Shown one piece after another: positions 9,651-19,659 of a stretch of DNA of 54,754 nucleotides. The translations under genes and the position numbers were made by a program. The stretch's first letter is position 1; each line of letters begins with the position of its first letter. The notes under the pieces were generated by a model that searched no databases, was not told the DNA's origin, and saw only the letters and a program-made list of their open reading frames with translations. The stretch comes from a virus (taxonomy: Duplodnaviria; Caudoviricetes): the IMG/VR virus record IMGVR_UViG_3300000234_000006, positions 1 through 54,754 of that record; one strand, given 5' to 3'.

Positions 9651-12545
9651 TTAATCCTTTTCGAAACGTCCATTCTCAGAAGTATTCTTCTTGAGATTCA
9701 GATTCTTCGTGAGAACTTCAAGAATATTCGTTTTATCAACAAGTTCATCACCAGCCTTAGTAAGCATTCCCCTTATAAGTTCATTGAAATTGGCATCATT
9801 GGGGGTGAACATATCTTTCTTAAGTTTTTCTAAAGTATCACTTGAATCTATATTCAGAAGATCCAAAATATGTTCAATTGGTAAAGAACCCTTCTGATAA
9901 AGATTAAACATGAAGTCTTGAAGTTCAGTGTTATCTCTCAATGCAAGTCTTGTGAATTGCAGTTTTGGATAAAGATAAACTTTATTACCGTATTCATCTA
10001 TTTCAAAAAATCCCTTCTTTTCAGCTACAGGAGCAAATAACATTTCTTCAACATATTCAGCTACAGTCTCTCGATATAAGAGATACATAGTATTCATGGT
10101 ATCAAGTCTTATTCTATCACCGGAGTATGAAGACTCTCCGGTAAGCATAGACTCGGTGATTCGAAGACCTATAAAAAGAAGTTTGTTCGTTATTTCATAT
10201 TCCGAGTTTAAATCGAGTAGTCTATCTTTAGCTCCTATTTCATCCCAATGAACTTCAAAGTTTGTAACTATAGCGTAGTCTGGATCTATGAGAGATTGTT
10301 CAACTTGAAGTCTGAGATTATCAACGTCAAGCTCGCTCATTTTGTCCGCCCAAACAACTCGTTTGGGAGTCATTGCTCTTGAAGCAATGAGAGTTTGAGC
10401 CTGACGAAGTTTATCTTGGAAAAGGAGCGTTCTGAGACAGCGTTCGAGTAAAGAAACTGAACGTGCTTCATAAGGCGATTTTTTGTGTGCTAAGCAATAA
10501 CAGAAAGAAGAACAAGAAAAATCATCATAAGGACTGGTATTGAGAGGTATTGGTAAACCACTTATTATATTTTCTCGGATTTCATCAGGGATGCTTTCCG
10601 CTATCTTCATGGAAGCCGGGTCATTCTCCTCCATGGCTTTCATAACAACTTGCCTATCCTTCTCAGAAGGTATAAGCTCCATTTGGGTTTTATTTGTATA
10701 TTGAAAAACCTCCATTTTCACTTGTTCTGGAGGAAGAATTTGTAAACCAACCCAACCTTTATAATTCTCTTCTACTTTTTTCTTGATGGCTTCGGTATCT
10801 ACCTCTTCAGATTCATTATCAGGAATTAAACTTTGTATGTCTTCCGACATATCATGATCTTCAGCAAAAATATAGCAAATACCATGCAACCAATACTGAT
10901 GAGTGGCATCATATAACCTTTGAAATAATTTAATTCTTTTACACATTTGTTCATAAAAATGAAGTATTTGTTTATTTCGTTTTAAATCGCTGCCTTTCGG
11001 TAATGATAAACGAATTTTAGACAGGGGGACATCAGTATTATGTGTTGAAAGACCATAAGCTATGTAGCTCTTGGTATTTTTTTCTTCAACACCTTCTACT
11101 TCAATGTTATATACTTTCCCTTCATAATGAATAGTTTCAATTTTTTCGATCCTTCTAAGAACGTTTCTTCCTATTTTTATTGTATAAACGCGAGTCGATT
11201 TAGCCTTATATCCATCATTCACAAAATTTGCATATTTAGAAAACTCAGAATAAAACCTAAATGGTATTATGATTTGATACCTTGGTCCGCTGTGTTGAAA
11301 ACCTTTCTTATTTTTATTGAGTTTTTCTAAAGGAATCTTATGCTTAGTAGGAATGTAGCCTACTTTCAAAGCTAACATAAATATTTGGTCAGCCAAATAT
11401 TCTGAAGATGTGGATGCTACATATCCATTTTTGGTTAAAGACCCATCACCATTCCAATAAGCACCTAAAAACTCCAATATCATTTCTCTAGGTAAATTCA
11501 TTAATTCAGAACTAAGTTTTTTAGTTTTGGAACCACTACCTACATGTTTATAACAAAATTCAGCAAGTTCTCTCTTGTAACATTTAACATTGCAAGCTTC
11601 GCAGTTCTTTACTTCTTTTACTCTCGATTCTCCATCATACTGATTTTTAAACAACTCTGATATTTCAATTGCTATAGTGTTTATTTCAGCTTTGTCTAAA
11701 GTAAAAACGACTCTATCTAAGTGGCCGTTCTTTGTACGAGACAAAGAACCCTCAGCTGCATAATAACCTAAAATTCTAAGTTTTTCTTTATTGAATTCAT
11801 CGTTATCTTCAGATTTGGAGATTGAAGTGGAACATATATAATCACCAATTCTTAAATCTTTGGAAAAAACAAATTCAGGTTCACCAAAATCAACACCAGA
11901 ACAATTTTTAGCTTTACATATTGATTTAGTTCCACTCTTACAAGCTCCAGTTCCACTATTTTCATATTTACAATCAATTTGCTTAGCACGATATACCAAA
12001 AATGGGTGATTTTCAGTACAAGTTATATCCTCTTGTATCCCACGAACTTTAAATTTAACAGCGGGACCGTTAATATCATGTTCAAAAGTCCTAAGAACAG
12101 TGGTTGACTCACCGATACCATTCAAAACACCGTCACCAATAACAAGTGACTCAATAGGTTTCGTGGTTCCATCTGTTAATGTAACAGGGGCGCCAGGAGG
12201 GAAACAATGGAAATCTATGGCGGCGCCAATTATGGGGTGGCTATTGTACCAAAATCTAAAAAGTTCCCTTTTTTCTCTTTCCGATTGTGGTAATTCTAAA
12301 AAGTCAGTTGATAATTGAGGGCTGTAGAAAGCTGAATCGGCATCTTTAAAAGAGCCATTCATCCCTCCTCCACCATAACCCCCGCCACCCATCCCCATAC
12401 CGGAAACACTTGATATTCTTACAGATTGACCATATTCTTTTCTAGCAAGCCTCTCAAGCTTGGTTAAAGGAGTTCTTTTAACTTCCTGGTCATCTTTCTT
12501 GATTACAGGAATTGCGTTAGTCTTTTTAACTGTTTTCTTTGACAT
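9651..12545 (-). CDS. Portal protein containing an intein
   Basis: Exteins with RFWYNSHPIIGAAIDFH/TDVPLSKI, SLLERCLRTL, GESSYSG, LYPKLQF; lies after terminase genes. Confidence 0.75.
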   Translation of the reverse strand: MSKKTVKKTNAIPVIKKDDQEVKRTPLTKLERLARKEYGQSVRISSVSGMGMGGGGYGGGGMNGSFKDADSAFYSPQLSTDFLELPQSEREKRELFRFWYNSHPIIGAAIDFHCFPPGAPVTLTDGTTKPIESLVIGDGVLNGIGESTTVLRTFEHDINGPAVKFKVRGIQEDITCTENHPFLVYRAKQIDCKYENSGTGACKSGTKSICKAKNCSGVDFGEPEFVFSKDLRIGDYICSTSISKSEDNDEFNKEKLRILGYYAAEGSLSRTKNGHLDRVVFTLDKAEINTIAIEISELFKNQYDGESRVKEVKNCEACNVKCYKRELAEFCYKHVGSGSKTKKLSSELMNLPREMILEFLGAYWNGDGSLTKNGYVASTSSEYLADQIFMLALKVGYIPTKHKIPLEKLNKNKKGFQHSGPRYQIIIPFRFYSEFSKYANFVNDGYKAKSTRVYTIKIGRNVLRRIEKIETIHYEGKVYNIEVEGVEEKNTKSYIAYGLSTHNTDVPLSKIRLSLPKGSDLKRNKQILHFYEQMCKRIKLFQRLYDATHQYWLHGICYIFAEDHDMSEDIQSLIPDNESEEVDTEAIKKKVEENYKGWVGLQILPPEQVKMEVFQYTNKTQMELIPSEKDRQVVMKAMEENDPASMKIAESIPDEIRENIISGLPIPLNTSPYDDFSCSSFCYCLAHKKSPYEARSVSLLERCLRTLLFQDKLRQAQTLIASRAMTPKRVVWADKMSELDVDNLRLQVEQSLIDPDYAIVTNFEVHWDEIGAKDRLLDLNSEYEITNKLLFIGLRITESMLTGESSYSGDRIRLDTMNTMYLLYRETVAEYVEEMLFAPVAEKKGFFEIDEYGNKVYLYPKLQFTRLALRDNTELQDFMFNLYQKGSLPIEHILDLLNIDSSDTLEKLKKDMFTPNDANFNELIRGMLTKAGDELVDKTNILEVLTKNLNLKKNTSENGRFEKD
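11037..12206 (-). mobile_element. Intein with LAGLIDADG homing endonuclease (390 aa) in portal
   Basis: Starts CFPPGAPV, block B TENHPF, LGYYAAEGS and FLGAYWNGDGS blocks, block F KVYNIEVEG, ends STHN before +1 Thr. Confidence 0.9.
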
Positions 12546-12548
12546 ATT

Positions 12549-12866
12549 TTATTCCGAATCTAAAATCGATTGCTTCATAGATTCTCTATTCAAAGAAAAT
12601 CTATGTAAATAATAAAGAATTTTATCAGATTCAGCTAACGAAAAATGGATAAATCCTTCAATCTCGTGCATTTTTGCAAGAGATTTGAACGATGTTATTG
12701 TGAAAATTGGCAATAACTTGGTTTTAACACTTTCCAAAAGCTTCATATTTTCAACGTGAAGACCTTTTATTTTAAGTATATTATCATTCACTTTAACAAA
12801 AATTTCGGATATACTTTGTATATTACTTATGGCTTCTTCTTTATTTGTTTCCCTAGAAAGTGCCAT
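12549..12866 (-). CDS. Hypothetical protein
   Basis: 105-aa ORF tightly packed between neighbours on the same strand. Confidence 0.5.
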   Translation of the reverse strand: MALSRETNKEEAISNIQSISEIFVKVNDNILKIKGLHVENMKLLESVKTKLLPIFTITSFKSLAKMHEIEGFIHFSLAESDKILYYLHRFSLNRESMKQSILDSE

Positions 12867-13086
12867 GTGTAACTTTACTTTTTTCGGAATAAACCATTTT
12901 AATAAGTTCTTCTAAGAGAGTGAAATTTTCAATATCTCCATCTATCAATTGAACCCAAGATCCACCTTTTTTATTGAAAAGACGGTATATGAATAAAAAC
13001 AGTTCATCCGAAAGTTCAACTTCCGAAGAATAAAGATGGTTTATGATTTGTCGGACTATTTTATAAGATATCGTTTCCTCAATCAT
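12853..13086 (-). CDS. Hypothetical protein
   Basis: 77-aa ORF between terL and portal. Confidence 0.5.
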   Translation of the reverse strand: MIEETISYKIVRQIINHLYSSEVELSDELFLFIYRLFNKKGGSWVQLIDGDIENFTLLEELIKMVYSEKSKVTHGTF

Positions 13087-13108
13087 AATAAGACAAAAAT
13101 TTAAAAAT

Positions 13109-15040
13109 TTATCGAGGTCTTCCTCCTTTACTTAGTGGTTTGACTCCTCCATGATATTGCATTTTCATTCTCTGGTATATTTTATAATTCATGTTAGCCA
13201 TTGAACTTTGAGTTTGGGTGTTCATTATCGTTTCATTAAGAGACTTCGGGTTCAACCTTAAATATTCAGAAGCTAAAAGTATGGAACGAGCTACAGCGTC
13301 AGACTGATCGTCATGTTTTCCGGGAACTTTAGGGGCTTCAACTACTATAAGATTTTTTCCAGCTGAAGTTGCTTGAAGCTCCAAGAGTTCTTGGATGAGA
13401 GGGGAGTGTTTAGTTGTTTTTCCATCAACTTCAGTTCTAGGATAGTCATAGAAACGAATCTGACGATTCAACATGAACATCATAAAAGTCTGGTACATGT
13501 TCGAAGAGTCTGAAGTAAAAAAGTTCCTCATTTCAAATTGAGTGAGACCTCTGTTGTGAAGTATTTGTTCAAAAACAGTTCCGGCCCATTGGTCGAATAT
13601 TCCTTTGTGGATAAAAAATCTTTTAGAAAGGATAACTATCCATTTTGCTATTTCCTCAATATCAAGTCTTTGGACGTTGTGGAGATTCAAACAATAATCA
13701 ACAAGAGGAGAGTCTAAATGTGGGTTCGCTTCTTTCCAAGAAATCTTAGGATACCAAACTTCATGATAAGCGAGTTCAATCTTCCCAGCGTTGAATCTAG
13801 TAAGAGCTATGGAAGTTCCGTCGTTTGAAAGGCCAAAGTCGAGACCACAGAAGTGGACTTCCTTGGGTGAACCTTTCAAAACCGGCTTATGGCGATCATC
13901 TATACAATCTCGAAGATCTTTATATGATTCTATCCAACCGCGAACACGGTCTGAGAACTGAGCACCATGCTCAGTCATGAAAGACTTCGGGTCTTTAAAA
14001 TACTCTTTTTCGTAATATTCAGTAGATAATGTCGGATTGACTTCCCAAGTGGGGGCTTGTATTACTAGTATATCAGAAGAGCCTTTATCCTTAGACATTG
14101 CAAGCTGATATTGCTTGAAAAAGAAACCTTCTCTAGCGTCAGGAGAAGATATAAGTATCATTCGACCATCAGAAGGACCAAGAGGTATATGACGATTATT
14201 TTTATCCTTAGGGGAAAACTGAGCTAAGGCAGGATTTATTGCACGATAAATTTGTTCAGCTGAAGACCTTCCAGTATCAACAAAGAACCCGATCTCGTCA
14301 AGTATTGAACATATAACACCACGTCCACGAAGACCCTTAGCAATAGAACTTTTGAAAGAAGAAACTATGGTACTCTTGCCGTTTTGCCCGAATTTCTTCC
14401 TATCATTTTCTGTACGAAACCTCATGAAGGTCTGTGTGCTGTTTGCAACAGACGATTTAAAATAATCAACAGCTTCTACGTGGGCTTGAACGTCTCCGTA
14501 AACAATTGAAGCCTGGTCTTTATCATTTGCAACACATAAAATTCGGATCTCAGAACCGGGAGGCATACCATAATACGCTTGAGGATGACCTCTATTGAGA
14601 AGTTTATATATCTCGTAAGCCGCAAAGAGGGCACTTAGAGCGCTCTTTCCTGAACGACGGCCTATAACAAGGATTAACTCATGTCTGGTTTTTCCGTCTT
14701 GTTCACGAATATTGCAACGACCATTATCGTAAAGGTATTTTAGATACTCAGATTCGGTAAAAGTATTTTCGATTTCGTTATTAAGAAAGTTCCTTATGGT
14801 GATAGTTTTTTCTTTATCGTCCAAAGGAATGTTGTAATACAGTTTAACTATGAATTTTTGAACCGGATAAAGACCAAACGGTAAAAGTTTAAATCTTTCA
14901 ATAAATTCAATAATATCTATACAATCGGTATCACCTTCACCTCTACCAGAAAGTTCAAAACTTTTCCGACGTTTTTGTTGAAGAAAACCATCAACAAAAC
15001 CGTTAAGTTGACTTTTATAAACGGGTTCTTTGGAGGACAT
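13109..15040 (-). CDS. terL: Terminase large subunit
   Basis: LYPVQ adenine-binding motif, Walker A GRRSGKS, Walker B ILDE, ISSP coupling motif, nuclease GLDFG..D and C-terminal HDDQSDA. Confidence 0.9.
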   Translation of the reverse strand: MSSKEPVYKSQLNGFVDGFLQQKRRKSFELSGRGEGDTDCIDIIEFIERFKLLPFGLYPVQKFIVKLYYNIPLDDKEKTITIRNFLNNEIENTFTESEYLKYLYDNGRCNIREQDGKTRHELILVIGRRSGKSALSALFAAYEIYKLLNRGHPQAYYGMPPGSEIRILCVANDKDQASIVYGDVQAHVEAVDYFKSSVANSTQTFMRFRTENDRKKFGQNGKSTIVSSFKSSIAKGLRGRGVICSILDEIGFFVDTGRSSAEQIYRAINPALAQFSPKDKNNRHIPLGPSDGRMILISSPDAREGFFFKQYQLAMSKDKGSSDILVIQAPTWEVNPTLSTEYYEKEYFKDPKSFMTEHGAQFSDRVRGWIESYKDLRDCIDDRHKPVLKGSPKEVHFCGLDFGLSNDGTSIALTRFNAGKIELAYHEVWYPKISWKEANPHLDSPLVDYCLNLHNVQRLDIEEIAKWIVILSKRFFIHKGIFDQWAGTVFEQILHNRGLTQFEMRNFFTSDSSNMYQTFMMFMLNRQIRFYDYPRTEVDGKTTKHSPLIQELLELQATSAGKNLIVVEAPKVPGKHDDQSDAVARSILLASEYLRLNPKSLNETIMNTQTQSSMANMNYKIYQRMKMQYHGGVKPLSKGGRPR

Positions 15041-15621
15041 TATGTGTTATCCAAAAGTTTCTTTTCCCATCCAGCCATATCGGCTTTCATGGTGTTGAAA
15101 ACTAAGTCAATGTCATCTTGACCCATCCCAGCCTTACTCATCGAGTCATATACAAATTCCATCCATAAATTCAGAATATTTTGGAATCTGGGTGAGGAGA
15201 GGTCTAGTTTCTCCGCCCTCATAGTATCCTGTCTTTTTATTATTACTTCCGATAATTGTTTAAGAGCGGCTATTCTGTTTATAGTGTAATTGGCGGTATT
15301 TTTGCCGTCTTTTGCCGCTTTTTGTCTTTCCCATTTCAAATGAGATAATTCGAGTGCAATTTCTTTTAAAACAGAATCTAATAATTCATTTGAGCTTGAT
15401 TTATTATTTGCTAAGATCGTAAGTTCTTGAGAATTTACATACTGCTCTCTTTTGCTGTTTTCTATAACAAGACTTTTAGGGTCTATTATTTCTGGGGTGG
15501 GGACATTATTACTGGAAGAAACTACGTAGTCAGCACCAATTTCTTCAGAAGACACAGTTCTTCCGTCAGGAAATTTTATAATTTTCCCATTTTTGGGATC
15601 TTCTGTATGGTCATCACCCAT
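15040..15621 (-). CDS. Putative terminase small subunit
   Basis: 193-aa helical protein directly upstream of and coupled to terL; assignment positional only. Confidence 0.45.
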   Translation of the reverse strand: MGDDHTEDPKNGKIIKFPDGRTVSSEEIGADYVVSSSNNVPTPEIIDPKSLVIENSKREQYVNSQELTILANNKSSSNELLDSVLKEIALELSHLKWERQKAAKDGKNTANYTINRIAALKQLSEVIIKRQDTMRAEKLDLSSPRFQNILNLWMEFVYDSMSKAGMGQDDIDLVFNTMKADMAGWEKKLLDNT

Positions 15622-15641
15622 AAATGACCATACAGAAGATC
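15597..15641. repeat. Perfect 18-bp inverted repeat enclosing the start codon of the gene upstream of terL
   Basis: GATCTTCTGTATGGTCAT (15597-15614) / ATGACCATACAGAAGATC (15624-15641); the 9-nt loop contains the ATG. Confidence 0.9.
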
Positions 15642-15647
15642 AAATAT

Positions 15648-17510
15648 TTACTTAAATTTGATGTTAACAGTTGAACGTGTAGGTGCTTTTTCAACAATCA
15701 GTTCAGTTGTCTTGATTTCATATTTTTCAACTGTGTTATCGATAGGAGGATTTTGAAGAACAGGAAGGGACCGCTTAGTGTAGGCAGTTCTGATTTCTTG
15801 AGGAACAAAACTTATCATGCACTTTGAATATTTAGAACACCATCCAGGATGAGTTTGGTAACTGCAGCCGGTGCATTTTGAACCAGAAAGAACGTTTTTG
15901 GCTACTTTTTTCTTTAAAAGTTTTGAACCTGCGTTACATCCAGACCCATAGTCGTCATATACAGTGGGATCTATGTAATAAGAACCCTGTAATCCTTCAT
16001 TATCAGATTTGAATTCGATATCACCAAATTTGGAAGAAATTTTTTCTCTGAGGTCATTTCCCTTTGACCCCATATTCATCAAATGAGATGCATACTTGTT
16101 GACAACAGCCGAGTTTATTACGACTTCAGAAACACTTCCAGAATAATGGGTATGTTTGGGGCCGGAGTAAACTCTCTGTTCTTTTATTTCTTCAACTGTT
16201 GTGTTTATTTTTGATACAGCATTTCTTATATCAATTCCGTTAAAGTCATGTCTTAAAAGTTCGTTATAAGTTTTCTCCGATATTCTTCCAGAGTCATAAG
16301 CTCTAGAAGAAGCTTTTCTTATGTCTGACTTTGTTAAAGAAGGATAATCATCAACGACCTTTGAGATTTTACTCAATATATCACAAGTTTTGATTTCAGA
16401 GCATTCGCAATGATTACAACTGCTTCTTCTTATTATATAATCAGGTTTTATCTTGATGATGTCACTTGAAAGTGAAATTCCCTTATTCATTGAAATGATG
16501 AATTTCAATGTTTCTTTGCATCCACCTAAGGCATCCATATCAAGTATGGTATGTCCGAGCACACCATATTGAGTGGAAAGGAAACTTAAGTTTCTGTTTT
16601 CAGAAGCTGCGAGATGTGAACGGTCATCTTTGCCGATCATCATTCTCTTGGCATACTTAAGATATTCCAGATCTAAACTGGTCGATACAACTTCTCTGTT
16701 AAAAAATTCTTTTACTTGATTATCAGAAACGCTTACAAAGTTGTTATCTTTTACGATTTGAGCTTTTTGGAAAGGTACTTTGTTTTCAGGATTTGAATTA
16801 AAAGCTATTCTGAAACTTTCTTTCCAATCCTGATTTTTTGGTGCAGGGAAGCTTCTTCCCTCAGAAGACAAGACACCCTTGTACTTCTCTAAAAGTTTTT
16901 CATCGTATTGAACAGAAGAAACTAACTTCTTGCTACCAAAGGATGAACAATGACCATTCGTGTTATGAACGCATCCAGAACACTCTTTTTTCTGAATTAC
17001 GTTTAGAGACTTCTTGCAAGCAAGTTTTACGAACTTCTGCTCTTTAGGGTCGTTATGGCAATTCGGAAAGTCAGAAGCGTTAAAATAAATATTGCCCATA
17101 AGACCACGTTCACTAAGAACGCTGGCCACTATTTGTTTGTTACTGTCCACTTCTCTCGAACCGAATTCGAGAGATAAAGACTCGTAGACTTCAGAGTCTG
17201 ATTTCCCAGCCATCATAAGTCTGGCTGCTTTTCTCTTTATTTTGCTCGAATGGTCTACGAAAATATCTGTTGGCCTGGAATTGACCATCAAATGTTCTTT
17301 AACAGGCAAAGCATGAGGAATCCCATCTTCCTCAGAAAGGAATTTCTGAACATCGGGGATTATATCAATATTCTGCTTGGGGAGAGCTTGGGACTTTCGA
17401 TACTCTTCCTCATTAACGTCAAGCCATGAATAGTCAGATTCAACACGACTTCTAAAAAAGTTAGTTAGATCTCCAGCTCCGGAATTTGAAATATCTAAGT
17501 TCTTAGCCAC
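15648..17510 (-). CDS. Hypothetical protein with three Cys-rich repeated modules
   Basis: Likely GTG start at 17510 with GGAGG SD (track start 17579). Repeats GLMGNIY..C, GVLGHTI..C, GLQGSYY..C, each followed by a CxxC..C cluster. Confidence 0.6.
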   Translation of the reverse strand: MAKNLDISNSGAGDLTNFFRSRVESDYSWLDVNEEEYRKSQALPKQNIDIIPDVQKFLSEEDGIPHALPVKEHLMVNSRPTDIFVDHSSKIKRKAARLMMAGKSDSEVYESLSLEFGSREVDSNKQIVASVLSERGLMGNIYFNASDFPNCHNDPKEQKFVKLACKKSLNVIQKKECSGCVHNTNGHCSSFGSKKLVSSVQYDEKLLEKYKGVLSSEGRSFPAPKNQDWKESFRIAFNSNPENKVPFQKAQIVKDNNFVSVSDNQVKEFFNREVVSTSLDLEYLKYAKRMMIGKDDRSHLAASENRNLSFLSTQYGVLGHTILDMDALGGCKETLKFIISMNKGISLSSDIIKIKPDYIIRRSSCNHCECSEIKTCDILSKISKVVDDYPSLTKSDIRKASSRAYDSGRISEKTYNELLRHDFNGIDIRNAVSKINTTVEEIKEQRVYSGPKHTHYSGSVSEVVINSAVVNKYASHLMNMGSKGNDLREKISSKFGDIEFKSDNEGLQGSYYIDPTVYDDYGSGCNAGSKLLKKKVAKNVLSGSKCTGCSYQTHPGWCSKYSKCMISFVPQEIRTAYTKRSLPVLQNPPIDNTVEKYEIKTTELIVEKAPTRSTVNIKFK

Positions 17511-18465
17511 GATTCCTCCGGGATTTTTCGACCAAACCAAAAGTATACGACACGTTTTTAAGAATCTGTGAAAGATCAAAAGAAACTTTGTCGTGCTTAT
17601 ACAGCATTATGGTATCAATTAAATTTTTTTCTATGTTGTTCATTTCAGGAACTTTTGACGACTGTTTAGAAACAGGAAATTCATCAAGAACATCCTTTAT
17701 ATAAACATCATTCAAAAGTCGGATGCACCTAATCATATCAGATGCAAAATACTGACTCTCTTTAGAATCGGTCAAAAATTTCATAATATGCCTTCTAGTT
17801 AAATTTTTACGACCATATTTTTTACCATAAACACTCAAAAACTTCTTTGACAAAGAAGTAATGAGTTCTATATTTGTAGCTACTTTTTTCATTTTAGAAC
17901 TCTTTGCTACAACAGATCCATCATTGTTAGATGATGGATAGTCAACATTTTCCATCAGGTTTGTAGAGGGGAAACCCTTAGTATCAGTAATATCCTCAAC
18001 AACATAACCAGACCAAGCGTTCCCTATGCCACGAGTTCCGTTATCAAATTTTACTTCATTTTTATTTTCTTTATTTTCAGCGTAAACACCAGAGTCATCA
18101 TCGGCCCAATAAGTGTCAAATCCTTTACTGCTTATACTAGTTTTATCATAATAGTCTGATCTTGCAGAAGCTTCTTCATCGTCATTAGGGAGTTTAGAAT
18201 TTGATATTGAAGGAAGAACACGTGGATTTGTTGGATGGGGCTTTTTACCAGGGAGTTCTCTATCGGTATCACCCGGAAGAGCAGAACTAGCGTAGCTAGA
18301 AAGTAACTCAGGATCAGGTCTGGGATCCGAATCTATAGAAGAGGGCCTATCAAGTTCGTTCTTATTTTCACCATGAAATTCATAAATCAAAGAGTCATAA
18401 TTACCAAGGCCGAAATCCAGAACAGCCATATCCAAAGCTTGCTCTTCTGGAAGTGAGTTCTTCAT
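17503..18465 (-). CDS. Hypothetical protein
   Basis: 320 aa, disordered acidic N-half, helical C-half. Confidence 0.55.
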   Translation of the reverse strand: MKNSLPEEQALDMAVLDFGLGNYDSLIYEFHGENKNELDRPSSIDSDPRPDPELLSSYASSALPGDTDRELPGKKPHPTNPRVLPSISNSKLPNDDEEASARSDYYDKTSISSKGFDTYWADDDSGVYAENKENKNEVKFDNGTRGIGNAWSGYVVEDITDTKGFPSTNLMENVDYPSSNNDGSVVAKSSKMKKVATNIELITSLSKKFLSVYGKKYGRKNLTRRHIMKFLTDSKESQYFASDMIRCIRLLNDVYIKDVLDEFPVSKQSSKVPEMNNIEKNLIDTIMLYKHDKVSFDLSQILKNVSYTFGLVEKSRRNRG

Positions 18466-19358
18466 TTGAGAGACCTTAATGACCTTTTGTTTTTAACATG
18501 GTCGCCGTCAGTCGGATTCGAATAAGGAGAAACACCATCTACAATGAAATCTTCGTAAAGATGTTTAGATTCATTCACTCCAGAACTGAGGCCCTCTCCG
18601 GTCAAGTCATCCGAAGGCCAAACGTCTTCGTTATTATAATGACCAGCTTCATTACCTTCACCAGGTCCTATGTGGTCAACACGCGGGCCGGGAAGTGTGC
18701 TCGTAGGGAGAGAAGATGACGCTTTTTTATAATTTTTGATTATTTTGTCTATGGATGAAGAAGTCGTGAAGATTCCATCGTCATCTTCTTCCTCATCATC
18801 ATTGTTGTCTTCGAAATCAGGATTCAAATCGTCTGGCTCAGGATTTGTTATCGGTTCCGAATCGCTAAAGTTCTCTTCGTCTGAAAGTTCGGAGTATTCA
18901 GACTCAATAAATTCGTCAGGGTTTTGTCTAACGTTTTTGGCGTCCTCAATCATATTCTCTGAATTTTTATCAGGGCCGGACTTCCAATGGTCGGCGTTAA
19001 CTTCATCCTGAACAGTATCACAAAAAGCCGACAAAAATTCACTAACATTAGCAAGGCCAGATCTCATATCCTTTATGGACTGTATATACCCTCTTCCACC
19101 CAAAAGACCATCTGGGCTAAAATTCGAAGAATTCATCTTCGAAAATATTCTATAAGCAGCCATTGAATAGCTGTGCGATCTCTGTATGGACCACAAGATC
19201 TTAGCTAAATCTCTATAAGATTCATCAGACCACTTAAAACCGGGGGTACGTATATCACGTCGTAAAGGACCTTGATCCTTTACGAATTCAATCTTTCCCG
19301 CAGTTCTGGACTTACCGGAAATCCTGGAGGCTATCTTGTCTAGGTCAATCTTTGACAT
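18462..19358 (-). CDS. Hypothetical acidic protein
   Basis: 298 aa, N-terminal KIASRI..RTAG, acidic central tract. Confidence 0.55.
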   Translation of the reverse strand: MSKIDLDKIASRISGKSRTAGKIEFVKDQGPLRRDIRTPGFKWSDESYRDLAKILWSIQRSHSYSMAAYRIFSKMNSSNFSPDGLLGGRGYIQSIKDMRSGLANVSEFLSAFCDTVQDEVNADHWKSGPDKNSENMIEDAKNVRQNPDEFIESEYSELSDEENFSDSEPITNPEPDDLNPDFEDNNDDEEEDDDGIFTTSSSIDKIIKNYKKASSSLPTSTLPGPRVDHIGPGEGNEAGHYNNEDVWPSDDLTGEGLSSGVNESKHLYEDFIVDGVSPYSNPTDGDHVKNKRSLRSLK

Positions 19359-19359
19359 T

Positions 19360-19635
19360 TCATGCCTTTACCGGTGAGTCGGAGTCATCGACCAAACGCT
19401 CAATAAAATAACCTTCGTCATCCGTACCTAGCTTCCAAAAATCTTGTTTTGAATAATGGACAAGATGCTCTTTGGAAGAGACATGAAAACCGTAAAGGTC
19501 ATTAACACTTGAAACTCTTACTCTATAGACTGGCTTACCAGCAGTACCTGCTACAACAATAGACTTAGGTCTGAAGTTATGAACAAGTTCAAATTCGTCA
19601 ACAGAGCTAAAACATGATCTATGAGAAGATGACAT
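19360..19635 (-). CDS. Hypothetical protein
   Basis: 91 aa with LVHYSKQDFWKL..IERLVDD; operonic spacing. Confidence 0.55.
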   Translation of the reverse strand: MSSSHRSCFSSVDEFELVHNFRPKSIVVAGTAGKPVYRVRVSSVNDLYGFHVSSKEHLVHYSKQDFWKLGTDDEGYFIERLVDDSDSPVKA

Positions 19636-19659
19636 TTAATTTTAATTTTTAATGAAAGT

